DNA of 64,000 nt from the human T2T-CHM13v2.0 reference genome, Homo sapiens: assembly GCF_009914755.1 (NCBI RefSeq), contig NC_060926.1; one strand, 5' to 3'. Shown piece by piece: positions 25,431-40,330 of this stretch. Both the position numbers and the translations under genes were made by a program. The notes under the pieces were generated by a model. It did not search any database, was not told where the DNA came from, and worked only from the letters and a program-made list of their open reading frames with translations. Within the stretch, counting starts at the first letter, position 1, and every line of letters starts with the position of its first letter.

Positions 25431-26516
25431 GCTCGACTCTCCAGCTCCAACAGCTCAGACTGCCATTACCATCCAGGAGCTCTGGGTGATTTTGGAGGTT
25501 GAATAGAGGAGGGTGGACTTTCTTCTGGCTCCAGAATCACCATTTCTGTTCTCCTCTTTAATCCCGGCCTCCTTTCCTCCCTTAACGTGTCTCTGAGGGA
25601 CATGTCAGGAAAGCATTTTACTCAATATATTTCCCCTTAGCTGTAACTAGGAAAACCTCTGGCTTAACTCATGCCTTCTTAATCATATACAAAAGCACAA
25701 CTTCTTTGCTAGACAGGAATACTCTAGCTTGTATAACAACCATGGTTCCAGGACAGACCCTCTGCCTTTCTCTGTTGGAGACTGACACTGATAGAGAGGT
25801 TTAGAACTCAAGGCTCCCCACACCAAAAACTAGCCAACAGCCTAAAATCAGGCTAGGAAATAAGATGGCTACAAACATCTTCCTAAGATCAATCCTGGAA
25901 TACTGGAGGCCCTGTAATTGGAATGTGGGGCTCCCATCAGCCACTATAGCAGTAAACTTGTGGAAGACCTGAAATACCTGTTTAAAAGACAGCCAAAAAG
26001 TAAGTAAATGACTACTAGCTTACCTTGGTAACTTTGTTACATAGTTACTGTAGACTATAGTAGCCATTTTTTATTTTTGCTGATTTCTAATCTAACTGAT
26101 CCTTTGGGAGAAGTCAATTGCTATTTGGAATCAAATCTCCCAATGTCCAGTTAAAAATTCCCATGGATACTGTCTTCGATATTCTTCTCATAATTTTGTC
26201 TATACTTTCTGCTCTTGCTTTCATTTTAATCCTCACTATAAAACAACTTGTCCAAGGACCTCTTAACCAGGAACAACCAGGGATTATCTCCTTCCCTAAA
26301 TAGTGTTCTCTTTTCTAGAATTTAGTGTCTTTCACAAGGGTGCAACAGTTATAGCCACAACATTGCTTTCAAAGGGATTAGCCTAATTTACCTCTTATTC
26401 CTGTTATTTTTCTCTCTTTAGCTCTTCTTATAAGCACTTGCATTTGTTCCAAGCATATGTAACCTCCTTAGATAAGTAATTTTAAGTAATCTTTAACCTC
26501 TGTTTATATTATGAAC

Positions 26517-26812
<296 letters not shown>

Positions 26813-27599
26813 TGAATTTCTTTTTATATTGGCCTTTCTTCTATTTATTTATATTTATTAGGTCTACCACACTTTCCAGGCAGGCACCACAAATTCCAGG
26901 TTGGCCAGTGCTTCTGCGGTCCTTTCGTTTCAGCCCCTCCATTATATAACCTATAAGAAGTCCTCCACTGGGGATGGGGGCCACCCTTCAATAATTTATA
27001 AACACTCCCTCCAGAATAACACAAATCATACATGTAGTAAAGAATTAAACTTAACTATTATGGCATTCGCCTCTGGGAGTACATTTTGCACTTCTGGCAC
27101 ATTTACCAGAAATTATTTGATAAGCCAGATAAGTGAGATACCACTCACTTTCCTAAACGCTTCCAACCCTTTTCTTAAAATGCAACAGTAGTCCTGGAAA
27201 CCCACCTATTCAGGCTACTAGTCTGGTACAAAGATAGGGGGCCTCCATAACTTGACAAGAAATGGTTTCCTCTGTACTTCTCAATATCCTGTGTTTCCAC
27301 CTGGAGACAAACAACAGGGAACACCGTATGTCATGCAGCAGGACCTTTACTTCCAATCTTTATTCTCCCCAAGCTTTTGTTTATGAAATATTTAATGGGA
27401 ATAGAGGTATTAAAACTTGTCAGAACAAGAAAGTTTGGACAGTTAATGACTGCATTCAATATATGTGGGCAGATTCAATTGATGGCACCTTAACGAGTCA
27501 CTCTGCCTTGTAAAAGGCAGGAGCATGGGCTGGTACTTCTTGGCATCCTTCAGGAACCGAATAATCTGTCCCAAATTGTTTACTCAGCCAGGACTTACA

Positions 27600-28400
27600 G
27601 AAATGAGTAAACTCACTTAATAACATCACTATCATCTGTGCACCTCAGGGACTATGGTTCGTCTGTAAAGACCAAAAATAAATAATGTGGGCCTTGAATT
27701 GCCTATATCACACAGTAGTGCAAAGAATGTGTTCACTGAGCTAGGTGTTGCCCCTGGGGGGCTCCCTACACATATACCAGGTTTCCCATAATCCCTTCCC
27801 ATCAAGAACATACCAGACAGAAAGGAGAAGTAGGTCTTACAGCCTTGAGTGTAACAACAGCAGTTATATCCATAGGTGGCTTGGTAGGAGGAATAGTTTA
27901 CAATGGATATACAATCCAGAATGCATCAAGTATAATTGAACAGAATGCTGAAAATGCTGGTCAAGGTCTTAAGTTGCTCCAAACTTCATAAGATTCACTT
28001 GCCAATCAGGTGATGGATCATAAAATAACCCTTGATTATCTTTTAGCAGAAAAAGGAGGGATATGAGCTATAGCAAATACTTCTTGTTGCTTTTATGTTA
28101 ACTCCTCAGGAGAGGATGAGCTTAGGGCTAAGCAGCTATTTCATAGAGCTAAATGATTAAGAGGTACTAAGACCCGTTTGGCTGGAGATATATAGAATAC
28201 TATTAAAGGGTATCTTCCCTCAATGGCATGGTTTCTACCCTTGTTAGAATGCCGGGTAATGGTTATCTTAGCTCTGCTTTTTGGACTTTGCATATTAGGC
28301 TTTCTTCTAAAAGTTGTGTCTTCTTGCCTAGAAGTCATCAAAATTTAGCTGGTGATGCAGATGAAACCCCACATAAAAATTCCAGTTAGGGTCACCACTC
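27600..28400 (+). pseudogene. env: env remnant (SU end and TM)
   Basis: DSLANQVMDHKITLDYLLAEKGGI*AIANTSCCFYVNSSG near 27990-28110; KVVSSCLEVIK near 28310. Confidence 0.8.
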
Positions 28401-31400
28401 CAGAGAGGGGAATGAGCGAGGAGGCAGATAGAGGTTGGATAAGCAGATAGCGAGGGTCTTGGGAGTGGAAAAATATCCGTGGGACCACACCTGCACTGCC
28501 CCTATAGCTAGTGGAAAGAAATGTGGTTAAGAATTTCCTCTTATGCAAGGATGTCTCCTCAGAAGGGACAGTCCCAACTTAGGCACAGGCACAATAAATC
28601 AACCTAAATGTCCTTAACTTGATGCAACTCATTATAATGTCATTAACGTGACATTTGCATTGTGGTTTTAGCCCCCCTTTAAACCCATCAGTACTTAGGC
28701 ACCCCAAGGCGGAAATTTGCCCCTCCCATTTAGGCAGAACCCACAGAAGACTTCCTTGCTCTTGCCATATAAAAGACCCAGAACTCAACCCCATTTCTGG
28801 CAACCTGCTTTCAGGGACCTTCTCTTTGCTGAGAGCTTTCTTTTTGCTTAATGAACCCTACTCTATTTATTCTCCAGTAGCTGCGTGCCTTATTCTTCTT
28901 AGTCATCGGACAAGAATTCGGACCTAGCTGAACTAGGGACTATTTAGACTGTAACACTTATACCTTGTGACTTATACCTTCAAGACTTAAAAATAAATCC
29001 CTAATATTTAAGACAATATGGTATTGGTATAAATATCAGCAACAAATTAATCAAGGAACTAATTAGAGTCAAAAATAAAGCTATATATATATGTTCAATT
29101 GATTTTTCACAATGTTCATAGGCAATCTGGTAGAAAAAATGTAGAATTTTCAACAAATAATGTTGGAAAATTTATTGTCCATACAGTATTGAATAAAAAG
29201 AACAACTGGGATTGATATATTATACCATATAAAAATAACTAAAAGTTCAGAAACCCCAAATTCCAAAACTTCAAAGAAAATAATTTTTAAAATATTTATC
29301 CTTGGATTAGGCAAAGATTTCTTATATCTCATACCAAAAGGATGACTTATTAAGGTATAAATAGTTAAACTTCATCAAAATGAAGAACATCCAAAGGCAC
29401 CATTAAGAGAATCAGAAACAAGCTACAAACTATGAGAAAAATATCTGAAAATCACATATTTGTTTAAGTACTATATTCAGAATGTATAAGAACTCTTATT
29501 AACCTCAGTAATAAAAAAACCAACAGACTTTTCATTGAAGAAGATGCACAGATGGCAAATAGACACATAAAAATGCTCAGCATCATTATTCATTAGGGAA
29601 ATAAAAGTTAGAATCCAATGAGATGCCACAACGCACTTATCAAAATGTCTCAAAGTGAAGACTGACTATACCAAGGGTTGAAGGAGATTTGAAATAACCT
29701 GAATGTGCATTTCCTGCTGGTGGGAATGTAAAGGGGTAGATCCACTTGTAGAAAACAGTTTCACAAGTTCTTAAAAAGTTATTCTTACATCTACCATATG
29801 CCCCAACCATTCTACTCCTAGGTATTTACCAAGGGAAATGAAAGCAAATGTCCAAAATTCGAACCAAATCTAATGGCTACCAATATGTAAACAGAAATAC
29901 ATATTGTGCTATATGGTTACTCAGAAATGAAATGAAACAAACTCTTGACACACAATAATGCACATCAGCAAGTTCCTGAATGAAGGACAGTCAGAATAAA
30001 AGAGTACATACTGTATGATTACATTGATAAAATTGTCCAGAAAATACAAACACCTCTGTAGTGACACAAATTTAATCAGTGATTGCTTGAGGATGGAAAG
30101 ATAACTGAGAAGGAACATAGAAAAGAGGGAACCAGAAGCTTTCCTTGTGATGGGTATGTTCATTATCTTAACTGTGGTTTTGGATACAGGTATGCTTACC
30201 TATATCAACATAATACACTTTAAATATGTGCAGTTATTTTATGTCAACTATATCCCATGATCAGTCAGCAGTTAAGTATCTCAGTAATCTTTGTCTATGA
30301 AGCAAGTGGAATGAAATTGGGATTGAGAATATTATTGGTAACAAAGCAGCAAGTCTCCCAGAAGGAAGTTTTATGGTTTTTAAAAGTTTTTATTTTCTTT
30401 TTAAAACATCTGTGGTAGAGCCTTATATAGAAACATTGTTTCCATGGCCTTGTGCAGGTCTCATTAGAAACATTTTTAATAGTCTTATACCTGGAGGGCT
30501 GATTTTCATTTCCCCAAACGGTATTCTGATTCTTAATGGCAGGTATTTTTAGATAGACATTCCTCAAATGAGAATGCTAAATATGAAATTGTGAACAAAT
30601 GGGAATAAAATTGTAAGAATTGAACCTCCATTTGCTTTCAATATAAGTCATTTTGCCCTAGAAAAATTAGGCAAAATTTATTCTAGGTTGTTAGCTTAAT
30701 ATACTTGACTATTTTACTACACTGGGGCTTGAGGTTGGGGTGGGAGGACTCCCCCTAGTAGTTGCTTTGCTTTGTTTAATTATTTTCTTCATAGATCCTG
30801 TAAACATGAGCTCTGAGTGGGTGTTCAAATGCACGGCTGGGTATTCTTGGATTCATATTAGTAAAAATTATCCTAGTCCTAATCCCAATTTCAGGAAGTT
30901 TGAATAACTAGAAGAAGATGCAAATAGAATTTGGTGCAAAATCCCCCCAAGAAAATAAAATGAGTTTTCCACATTGTAAGATATTTGAAATATTTTATAC
31001 CTTCAACAACATGACTCCTGTTAGAAAAAGTATAACACTGAATACATTATGAGGATCAGGGGAGGGTTGTTTGGAACTGAAATTAATAACTCACAAAATC
31101 CTATATGATTCAATCTAAACTGAGTACAAAATAAAAAGAGAAATATTATATGCTATTTAGGGCTTTTGTTCAGTGCTATCAGGCAGCAGGTAATTGACCG
31201 ACTGCCATTTTACTCTTCTTATTGTTCTTTTAATCTCTTCACTCAACTTCAACAAACTTTTAATTTGTTTCCAGAATAATCTTCATCTATGCTCCTAAAT
31301 CCCTTTCCATGTTTATATACAAAAATTTAAATAATTAACAAACAGCTTTCTATCCAAATAAAGCTCCATATTAATCACAATCATCAGTTTCTGAAGATAC

Positions 31401-32194
31401 TCCCAAATAATTTTAAAATCTCAAGGAGTAAAAGCATACTTTTAATGAACACCCAGCTTTAAAACAGATTTCTTAATCTTTTAACAAGCCAGTCATACCT
31501 AAGTACAGTTTACACAGGAAGTTTAGAGCTGCTAACTCTGAGGGCTTATGTTATTTTTTCACAATATCTTAGAAATAATACTTTCCTGTGCACTTAAGTT
31601 TGACTAGTACATTTCATATATACTTAAATTTGAATCATGGTGGTAAATAATTCATGATAAAGTTAATAAATTATCCTATAGAGAACTAACACAGTTTATC
31701 AATGCACATACAAAAATACAAAAAAACCTGGCATCTGTCTTTACAATGAGTGTACCATTGCTTGGTGTTGAGATGAAATATATTTTGTAAATCTTTACAG
31801 TTCTAGGGACAAATAATAAAATTGGCAAAGTCCACCTTTGGGATATTTTGAATCTTATAATACAATTTATTTAGAGGTAAAAAAGAAAACACAATAAGAA
31901 AGAAAAAGCATTATAATTTATGTAAGAGCAGAAAAATATTTTTGAAGTTTTCTAAGAAAGTCTCTGGAATTCAGGTGAATATAATATTAGTATAAAGATA
32001 GATTGATCATACAATCAAATAAAAACTGTGGAAAAAATAAATAGAAAAGAAGACAAAGGTACTGAGAGCCATCCACAGTAATTGTTGTGTATACAGATAG
32101 AGGAAAAAAAGCATTCAACTTCTGAAGTATAATGTAGTTTTAATACCTAAGGTCATCTAGTTGAAAAGAATAGAGTAAAGGGATTGCTATCCTA

Positions 32195-32346
32195 AAGCAA
32201 TGCTGATACAAATGTAACATGCATATGAATCACCTGGCATCTTGTTAAAATGTTAATTTTGATTCAGACCCTGGCATTCTGTATTTCTAATAAGCTCCCA
32301 GAAGATGGGGATGCTGCTGCTTCCCAGATCACCCGTTTAGTAGCAA
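32195..32346. mobile_element. MER5A
   Basis: gaatcacctggcatcttgttaaaatg..ttctgtatttctaataagctcccag..gatgctgctg. Confidence 0.75.
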
Positions 32347-32560
32347 AACACCAGAAGGCATACAAGAAAAATGGTCAGAGATATAAATGTAAACAAATAT
32401 TTTTCAAGGTCTCAAGACTACAAAAGGGAGAAAAGGTATGGGTTTAAGGATGTCTATCCAAGTGAGGACATACTAAACTTTAGTGAGACCCAAAGAAGAG
32501 GCTGTTAATTCATTGACCAAGATAAGTACCAATCCTATGGATTTCTTGTTTTAAAATACA

Positions 32561-33086
32561 GTGCATTAATTAAAACATTTGAAGTATAGTTAGGGCAAAA
32601 AATCAGAAGGCTATTGTCATTGAAAAGATAGTTGATCACTCACAGCTTAAGGGGAAGGGCTATGCCATGCCTTGGGGAGCCACTTAGGGAGGCATGAGGG
32701 TTAGGTACAAGGTAGAAGAAATGGGAGAACTGTGGGAAAGAGCCTTTATTGTAGTTTCTGCAGGAAAGAACAAGTAGAGAAAGGTAAGATGACTTAGTAT
32801 TGGTTAGTTTGAATAATTTAAATACGATCTAGGGCATAGAGGTTTTCCTTCATTTTGTGGTACCTGAATCTGGGGTGACTAGGGCAGCGACATAGCGGCC
32901 CAGTGAAGGAGGTGGTTGTGGTGTGGCTCTCCATTGGTTGCTTTGTTTTTGAAAAGCTCACAGACAGGCACATTGTATACTATCTCTGTAAACTGGATAA
33001 CCCTGAGAGGGACAGTTCCTCAAGGGAGAGCAGGGGTGTGGATGTCAAAGTATCAGGTACAGAAAATAGAAGATATGATTAATACA
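32561..33086 (-). mobile_element. MER74-like solo LTR (ERVL)
   Basis: Reverse complement starts TGTATTAATCATATC..TTTTCTGTA..GATACTTTGACATC. Confidence 0.7.
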
Positions 33087-33824
33087 ACGTGAGCACAAAA
33101 TAAGATGTGATTAAAAAGGAAGGCATGATTTCTTCTAATTTGGGGAAATATTGGGAAAGGCTTACTTACAGGTGATTCCTAAAATCTATTGTAAAATGAA
33201 TAGTATTTTTTTCAGGCTCACAGATGAGAAATTATGTCTTATGCAAAGAGATGAATTAAGCAAAGGCAAAAACATTTGTTTGGGGCATATTAGAGATCCT
33301 GGAGGAAATGAGGTGTGGCTAGCAAATCAGTTTGTGATCGGAGATAAATTCATGGACAAGACCTAATGTGACTTTACAACCCCCCTTCATAGAAGACTTT
33401 GTAACTCTAGAGAAACAAGTTAGAAGAAATATGTGTTACACATCTGTCTTCTAATTTTCCAATCTCTCCTCCATCATCCTGACCAGTGACTTTCCTGAAG
33501 TATTACCTGATCGTGTAAAGAATAGTTTGTTTGGGCACACTAATAACATTAAACTGCCCTACTTCCAACATTGATGCAATTTTGCCATACATCCTTCAAA
33601 TGTTTAATGTAGTGACTCTCTCTCTCATGAATTAGGGAGAGCATGTGCAATTATCTCATGGTCACTTACCTGTATACTTACATGGGCATAGTTACATGTT
33701 GAAAATATTTACTGTGAAAGCAAATAATTAAACAGAGAAATGCTCCAAAGTAAGTACTTCACCAAAAAAATAAATAAATAAAAGAAAGATATAACAAAAT
33801 CTCTGTCAAGGATAAAAGAATAAG

Positions 33825-34150
33825 GGAATAACATTTAAAATTATTATGGACTTGTCCTATCCTCATCACTTTACCAAGTTAATTTAGTTGTCATGACAAA
33901 TCTGTAAGGAGATTTTATTCCTGAATCTAAAATAAGAACCCTGCATAATGATCACCTGAATGCTTGCAGACATGCACACTATATCTGATAACTTATCCTC
34001 AGGAATTCTGATCCCATAGGCCTGTAGTGAGGACAGAAACTTGTATTAAACATACAACACAGATAATACCAATTCAGGTGATCTTGGCCTATATTTTGAG
34101 ATAAACTGGATTAATTGACTTATCAATATCATCTAATAAGTAGTAGACTT
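33825..34150. mobile_element. MIR fragment with a MER5-type insertion (about 33940-34108)
   Basis: gatcacctg..attctgat..taggcctg..aggtgatc..tattttgagataaactg. Confidence 0.5.
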
Positions 34151-34742
34151 CCATCTTAGTTTTGTATTTATCTTTTTTTAATTCATCATGATTCCAGAGA
34201 AGTAATATTTTCTCAGAATATTTCAGATGGTTTTATTTTTTATTTTTTGAAAGTTCAGATATTATTTATGAAACATGCTCCTTTATACAAAAGTAGACAT
34301 GACAGAAGCTAAGATGGGGTCAGATGTTCTTTGTCACAAATGGAAAAATTTATCAAGGCTATTCTCAAATTAAAAACCTCTACCCCTATTTAAATGACTT
34401 AACTTCTCTGTTACAGATCTAGAGAAACTGGTATTTTTTTTTTCTACATTGGATGAGATATAGAAAAGCAGTCTTATTCCATGTCAAAAAGATTATAAGC
34501 AGTTTTCTATAGGATATTTTTCTGACACATATAAAAAGCAGAAAAATTTGGTTGTTCTTACTGTTGTTTTTTAATCATTTCTCACAGAATTTAAGTTTTT
34601 CTCACAAAAATTAAAATGGAAGTTATAGATCCCTGTAAAGCTAAACATCACTAAAACTTGATAGTAAGCAAAAATTTAATTTTACTATCAGTGCAATATG
34701 TCATTTATAATGATGTATTTGTAAAGTGAAAAAAGTCATGGG

Positions 34743-34828
34743 TTATATAAATTTATATATAAAATTATATAAATTTATATATAAAATATATATATAAATA
34801 TATAATATATAAATTATATATATATATT
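34743..34828. repeat. A/T-only (TA)n-rich low-complexity tract
   Basis: About 85 nt without G or C. Confidence 0.9.
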
Positions 34829-36859
34829 GCTCTACTAATAACATGCTTTTTGACCAGGGCCAACTTTATTCAGTTCCACTAAGCTATTATTTCTTATCTA
34901 TAAAATGTTTTAAAAATAAATTTATTACTCCTTTGAGGTAGTAAAGTAAGAACAAAATGCTTCTTTGGAGAGGATACTGAACTACAGAATCTACCAGTTT
35001 CTGTCAATTTCCCCTCTTCTTGATCTATGACAATGGGGAAATGTAAATGATGTACCTAGAAGGGAAAACTGGGGTGAAAACTGAAAGCAAAACTATATGT
35101 AGTCAAGAGTGGAAGATTAAACGTTAAAACCTTTTTGACCCGTATGTGTAAAATCCATACAAATTTAAAAGCATTACGTACTTTATTACTCATGGTAAAT
35201 ATCTTTTATTGATCAGATGAAATGTAAAGTTAAATGTATGCCAGAGAAAACTCAACAAGTAAGTTTTGTTTTGTTTTGTTTTGTTTTTCTCTAATGTCAT
35301 TAAGTTGGATTGATATTCTTAGCAGTGGACTTTGGAAGACTCATTACAGATAAGCTTTCTTCTTCGGATCTCCAGTTAATAGGCATTTTGGCTTTGTAAT
35401 CTGGATAAAGTAAATTATGTGTTTGATTTTTTCAATCCATAAGCATAGATTTGAATATAATTTAAATATATAAAATTACTTCTCTTGAGGTTTTTCATTT
35501 GTTTCATCTTATTGAAAAAAATCTCAGTACCCTCCTAAAGTCTCATTAAGTAGCTAATTAGAATTTTTAAGTCTTCTATATCTTATTCAACATATTTTTA
35601 GTAAAACAGTTTGCAATGTACTAAATACAAAAATATGTTTAAATTTATTTGCTCTTACTAAAGTGATCAAGACACTATATTTTAGAATGATGAGAATATG
35701 TTATTTGAAATAATCAGCAAATAAACTCTATATAATGGAATCTGAGATGAAATACCCAATGTTAAAAAATAAAAATGTAGCAACACCAGAATATTCACAA
35801 AGTTAGGTTAGCTGAATTTTTGTTTATTATCTTTGACCATTCTGATTCTGTTTATAGGAACTTATATGGAAATAATGCAAACTATGGGGAAAGGCATACG
35901 CATGTTGATTACGCTCTTATTTAAACCAACAATATAGAAATTGCTATTTAGAAATATAGAAATGAATCCTATGACTGGGGTAGTTATCAATTAATGACCA
36001 TAATTGTAATCCATGTGGTCATATAAACACTTAAGAAATAGTAATTTTATAAAAGCAAGACTACATGTAAATAAGTATTATAACTATTCAAAATGCATGC
36101 ATGTGAGTAAAAATTAGAATAAATTAACCACAAAAAGAAAGAAAAGTGGTTTTCAGGGAAGGAGGATTAGAGACAATTCCTCACTATAGTTTTATACCTT
36201 TAGTATATTTATTGTATTGCTTTGATAATTTAGAGGAAGAGAGAGATCCCTATTTTTCTAAATAAAAAATTCTACATTTTACAAATAGCAAGAAAACAAT
36301 CTATTGAAAGATACATGAAAAAATGTATTTATTCTTAATCTCATATTATCTTTTCCAAATAAAAAAATGCACTGTAAGATTATTTGTAAGATTATCCATT
36401 GAAAAGATGAATGACCAGCCAATGTCCCCTCCCCATACCCACACACTAAAGATTGAGTCTTTGTTATCTCAAAAGAATATGCAAAAAATCATTTTCAAAG
36501 GTACATCTTGAGCTCCATTTCCAGATATGAGTGAAGTATAGGGAAAATTGAATTAAAACTCTTTTTATTGATTTTTGAACACAGTGAACACATAGATGTG
36601 GCAGAATGCAAGGAAAAAGAGATACCAGCAGAGAGCAGATGAACATAATCACCCACTCATTCACACTTCCAAGTATTCAACCAATACAAATTCGCACATC
36701 AGTGATAATTTAGTAAGACTGGAGATGAAATAAAGTATTGATCAATATCTATTCAGTTTTTATTGAGTTCCTACTTGACAGAATAACACTTTCGGTTTTT
36801 CTAACACTCTTGACAGTCCAACATACTGATTTTGTCTACTTATTTCTTCTGTTAATTAT

Positions 36860-37140
36860 CTATTCAACAGATATTTAATCAGCACCAGCTATGTGTGAGG
36901 CACTGTTCTGAGTAATAGATATATTGCAGTGCAAAAGACAGGAATGGTATCTGTCCTCAAAGAGTTTATATTTTAATTGGAGAAGAATGAAAATGAATAA
37001 CTGGTAAGTAATTAAATAAAATATACATGTTAGTTTATACCATATAGGACAGAGCATGATGAAAAGATTGTAAATGAAGTAGGTAGAGAGTCATCAGTTA
37101 ATATTTCTCTGAGGAAATGGTAGTTGAGCTAAGACTGGAA
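36860..37140 (-). mobile_element. L2 3' fragment
   Basis: attcaacagatatttaatcagcaccagctatgtgtgaggcactgttct..ctgtcctcaaagagtttata. Confidence 0.75.
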
Positions 37141-38557
37141 GACTTTTCTGCAATTCTATAAAAAAATTAATCAAATAAAGCCATCTGGTCTTACAAAAGC
37201 ATTTGAAATCACACATATTAAATATATAAGTAGTGAGTACTTCACTTAGAGGTCACTGCACAATATCGTCCAGGTCAGATAGGAATCTCACCTACCATTT
37301 TTATTGTGAAACGTTAGATAGGAATCACATAAAAGAAAAGTCGATTTTTTAAATCTATAGATAGTTATTTCCTGAATAAATACAAAGCAAATAGAATTTA
37401 AATATAGATTTGAAATTTCAAAACCAGATACCTACCACCAGCCAGAGTATGGTATTGCATTACTTGTCACTTTTGTCAGGTCTTAATTGATGGTCTTCTG
37501 GGGCCTACTCACATTTATGCCAGCAGGCCAAGTATTAATAATAAAAGTCAACTGATCTCTATTTCTTGAATCTGTTTGTGAATTTCAGATTTTTAAAATC
37601 CTTTTAACAATTGGGTGTCCTGGGGGTGAGATTAGGCTCCTCATAGAAGACTTGTCTTTAAATACTACCAAGAGACTCTATTATCCCTCTCTCACCCCAT
37701 ACACACATATTACTAATCTCTTACATGAAAGATGACTGGGGAATGACAGAAAGAAAGAAAATCCTTTGGCTTGCAAATTATCAACATAATAGACAAGGTG
37801 CCATTTCTTTTCTCCCCGCTAAAATCCAACTGAAGAGGGCTCCAAGTGTCTGTAACAATCTAGGGTATTTCACATTTTATTCTCTAGTATGACAGTTTTC
37901 TAAAAAGCAAATCTGTTGATCTGCTATGTGCTTATCCGAGCAAAGGAAAAGGTAGAGAGAGATAATGGGAAAATAGTTTGGATGGTAGATGAATAGTCTC
38001 AACTCCCATAGTTTGGAGTAACAGGGACAAGTGAATTTCTTGAGGGTTAAGTGGACCAAAGGAATCACACTGCAAGCATCATTTATTTTAAGGCATCGTT
38101 ACATGTCTCCCAAAGACAACAAGCCCATCTCCTTCAGAGACCCAGGTCCAGATCCAAACTGAACACATGAAATAAGCAAACCCAGAGTTAAGTCAGCTCC
38201 AGGCCTTGGGAGGTTTCAACCTTATTGCATAGTCCTTCCTTCAAAGTCTTCTACTCCCCTGCACCACCAATGAGGCCAACTCCTAGCCTCTGAGCCACCA
38301 GGGAGCTTTATTTGTGGGGTAATTGATAGGGGTTCGAGTGTCACATAAGGAAGATACTCTGAACTCTATTGTTCCATAGAATACTGAAAATAATTCCCTC
38401 ATTTATAATACTAATCAGCGATGACAGGTCTTCTCTTCTTCATCATAAATGCAGGTTTTGAAGTAGATTATCATCTCAGACAGCTACATACTCTAGTTTC
38501 CTTATGGGCTTCATTAAAGGCTACTGTCCTCACCTAGGATAGTATTTAAGATAGCTA

Positions 38558-38645
38558 GGTGGAGTTTGCAGTGAGCTAAGATCATGCCACTGCACTCCAG
38601 CCTGGGCAACAGAGCAAGACTCCACCTCAAAAAAACAAAAAGCAA
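38558..38645 (+). mobile_element. Severely 5'-truncated Alu (3' end of right arm plus A tail)
   Basis: ggtggagtttgcagtgagc..gcaagactccacctcaaaa; perfect TSD aagatagcta. Confidence 0.92.
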
Positions 38646-39064
38646 AAGATAGCTATACTTGAATAATGTTGCCATTCCCCATCCTAGATTATTATCTGCC
38701 CAAAGGGGTCTTCAATAGCAAGAAGCCACAGGGGATACTACTGAAAGAGTACTACTAAATGAAGGAGTTAGAGGTGGTACTGTGTATCTCATCCTAAGAC
38801 AGTGCAATGATAGCCCTTTGAAGAATCTACACAAAACAGTCATGAGAGAGCTGGTGTTTTGATGGTGCCATGCACAGACTTTGATGGCCAGGTGATAGAC
38901 CAAGCAGCAACAATTGATAGATAAGCAATGAAATCACTAAATAGAGACATCTGTTTCATTTCTACTCCTGTCCCAGAGTAACCAGAAAATGAATCAGAGG
39001 AGTGGTGATGAGATATCCCAGTGGTCTTTCCAGTACTTCTTCTCATCTTTTGGCATCATGTTAG

Positions 39065-39517
<453 letters not shown>

Positions 39518-40179
39518 ATTCAACTTATTTTTTGTGTCAAATGATTCAAAACTATATATGACAGCTTTTATATTTTTAGAAAACACAGGAAGTATTTCAT
39601 TGAATGCTCCTCAATTGGTATCTAATTTTCCACATTTTTGTTTTCAAAAACGTCTAACCAGCTCTGATGCCAATCAGTTTCATGATATTCATAACAGACA
39701 AAATGTTTGGGAAGTTCCGAATGCCAAAATAATTATTTTAATTCTACACTATATAAAGCAGATGGTTTTATTCGTTTGTTCTAAAGCAGAGTGTTAAAAA
39801 GGAATTCTAGTAATTTCGTGAAGAAAATATTATTGTTTATATTTTTCATACCTGGAGTCTCGTTTTTTATAAGATTAATTTGTTTAAGTTATACTGTTGG
39901 AGAGTTACCTTCAGGTAATCATTCATTAGATGTGGCACTGGATATCACATTCCAACACTTTTCTCTGGCTGAAGTTTTCTCGCTTTTTTCCCTGTTGATT
40001 TACATTTCTAAACTCTTTCCATACCTCAGGGTCTGACTCAAAAGACACCTCATGCGTGAAGCCCACTTCCCTCATTTCTAGAACTATTCAGTTCTGACTC
40101 TGAACATCTCTACATCATTATATTGTCATTGAAATAATTAAATCCATAATATCAGTGATGATTAGAATTACCATTTTTT

Positions 40180-40330
40180 AATGTCTACTGTGATCATGGA
40201 AAATGTATATGATTTTCCTAAGTCTTAGTTTTCTTATTTGTAAAAAGAGGATGATAATATATCTACTTTATCTACTTCAAAAATTGTTATAATAAATTAT
40301 GACAATATAGGTAAAGTACTAAGCATGGGG
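40180..40330. mobile_element. MIR fragment
   Basis: ctaagtcttagttttcttatttgtaaaaagaggatgataatatatctac..gtaaagtactaagca. Confidence 0.65.
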
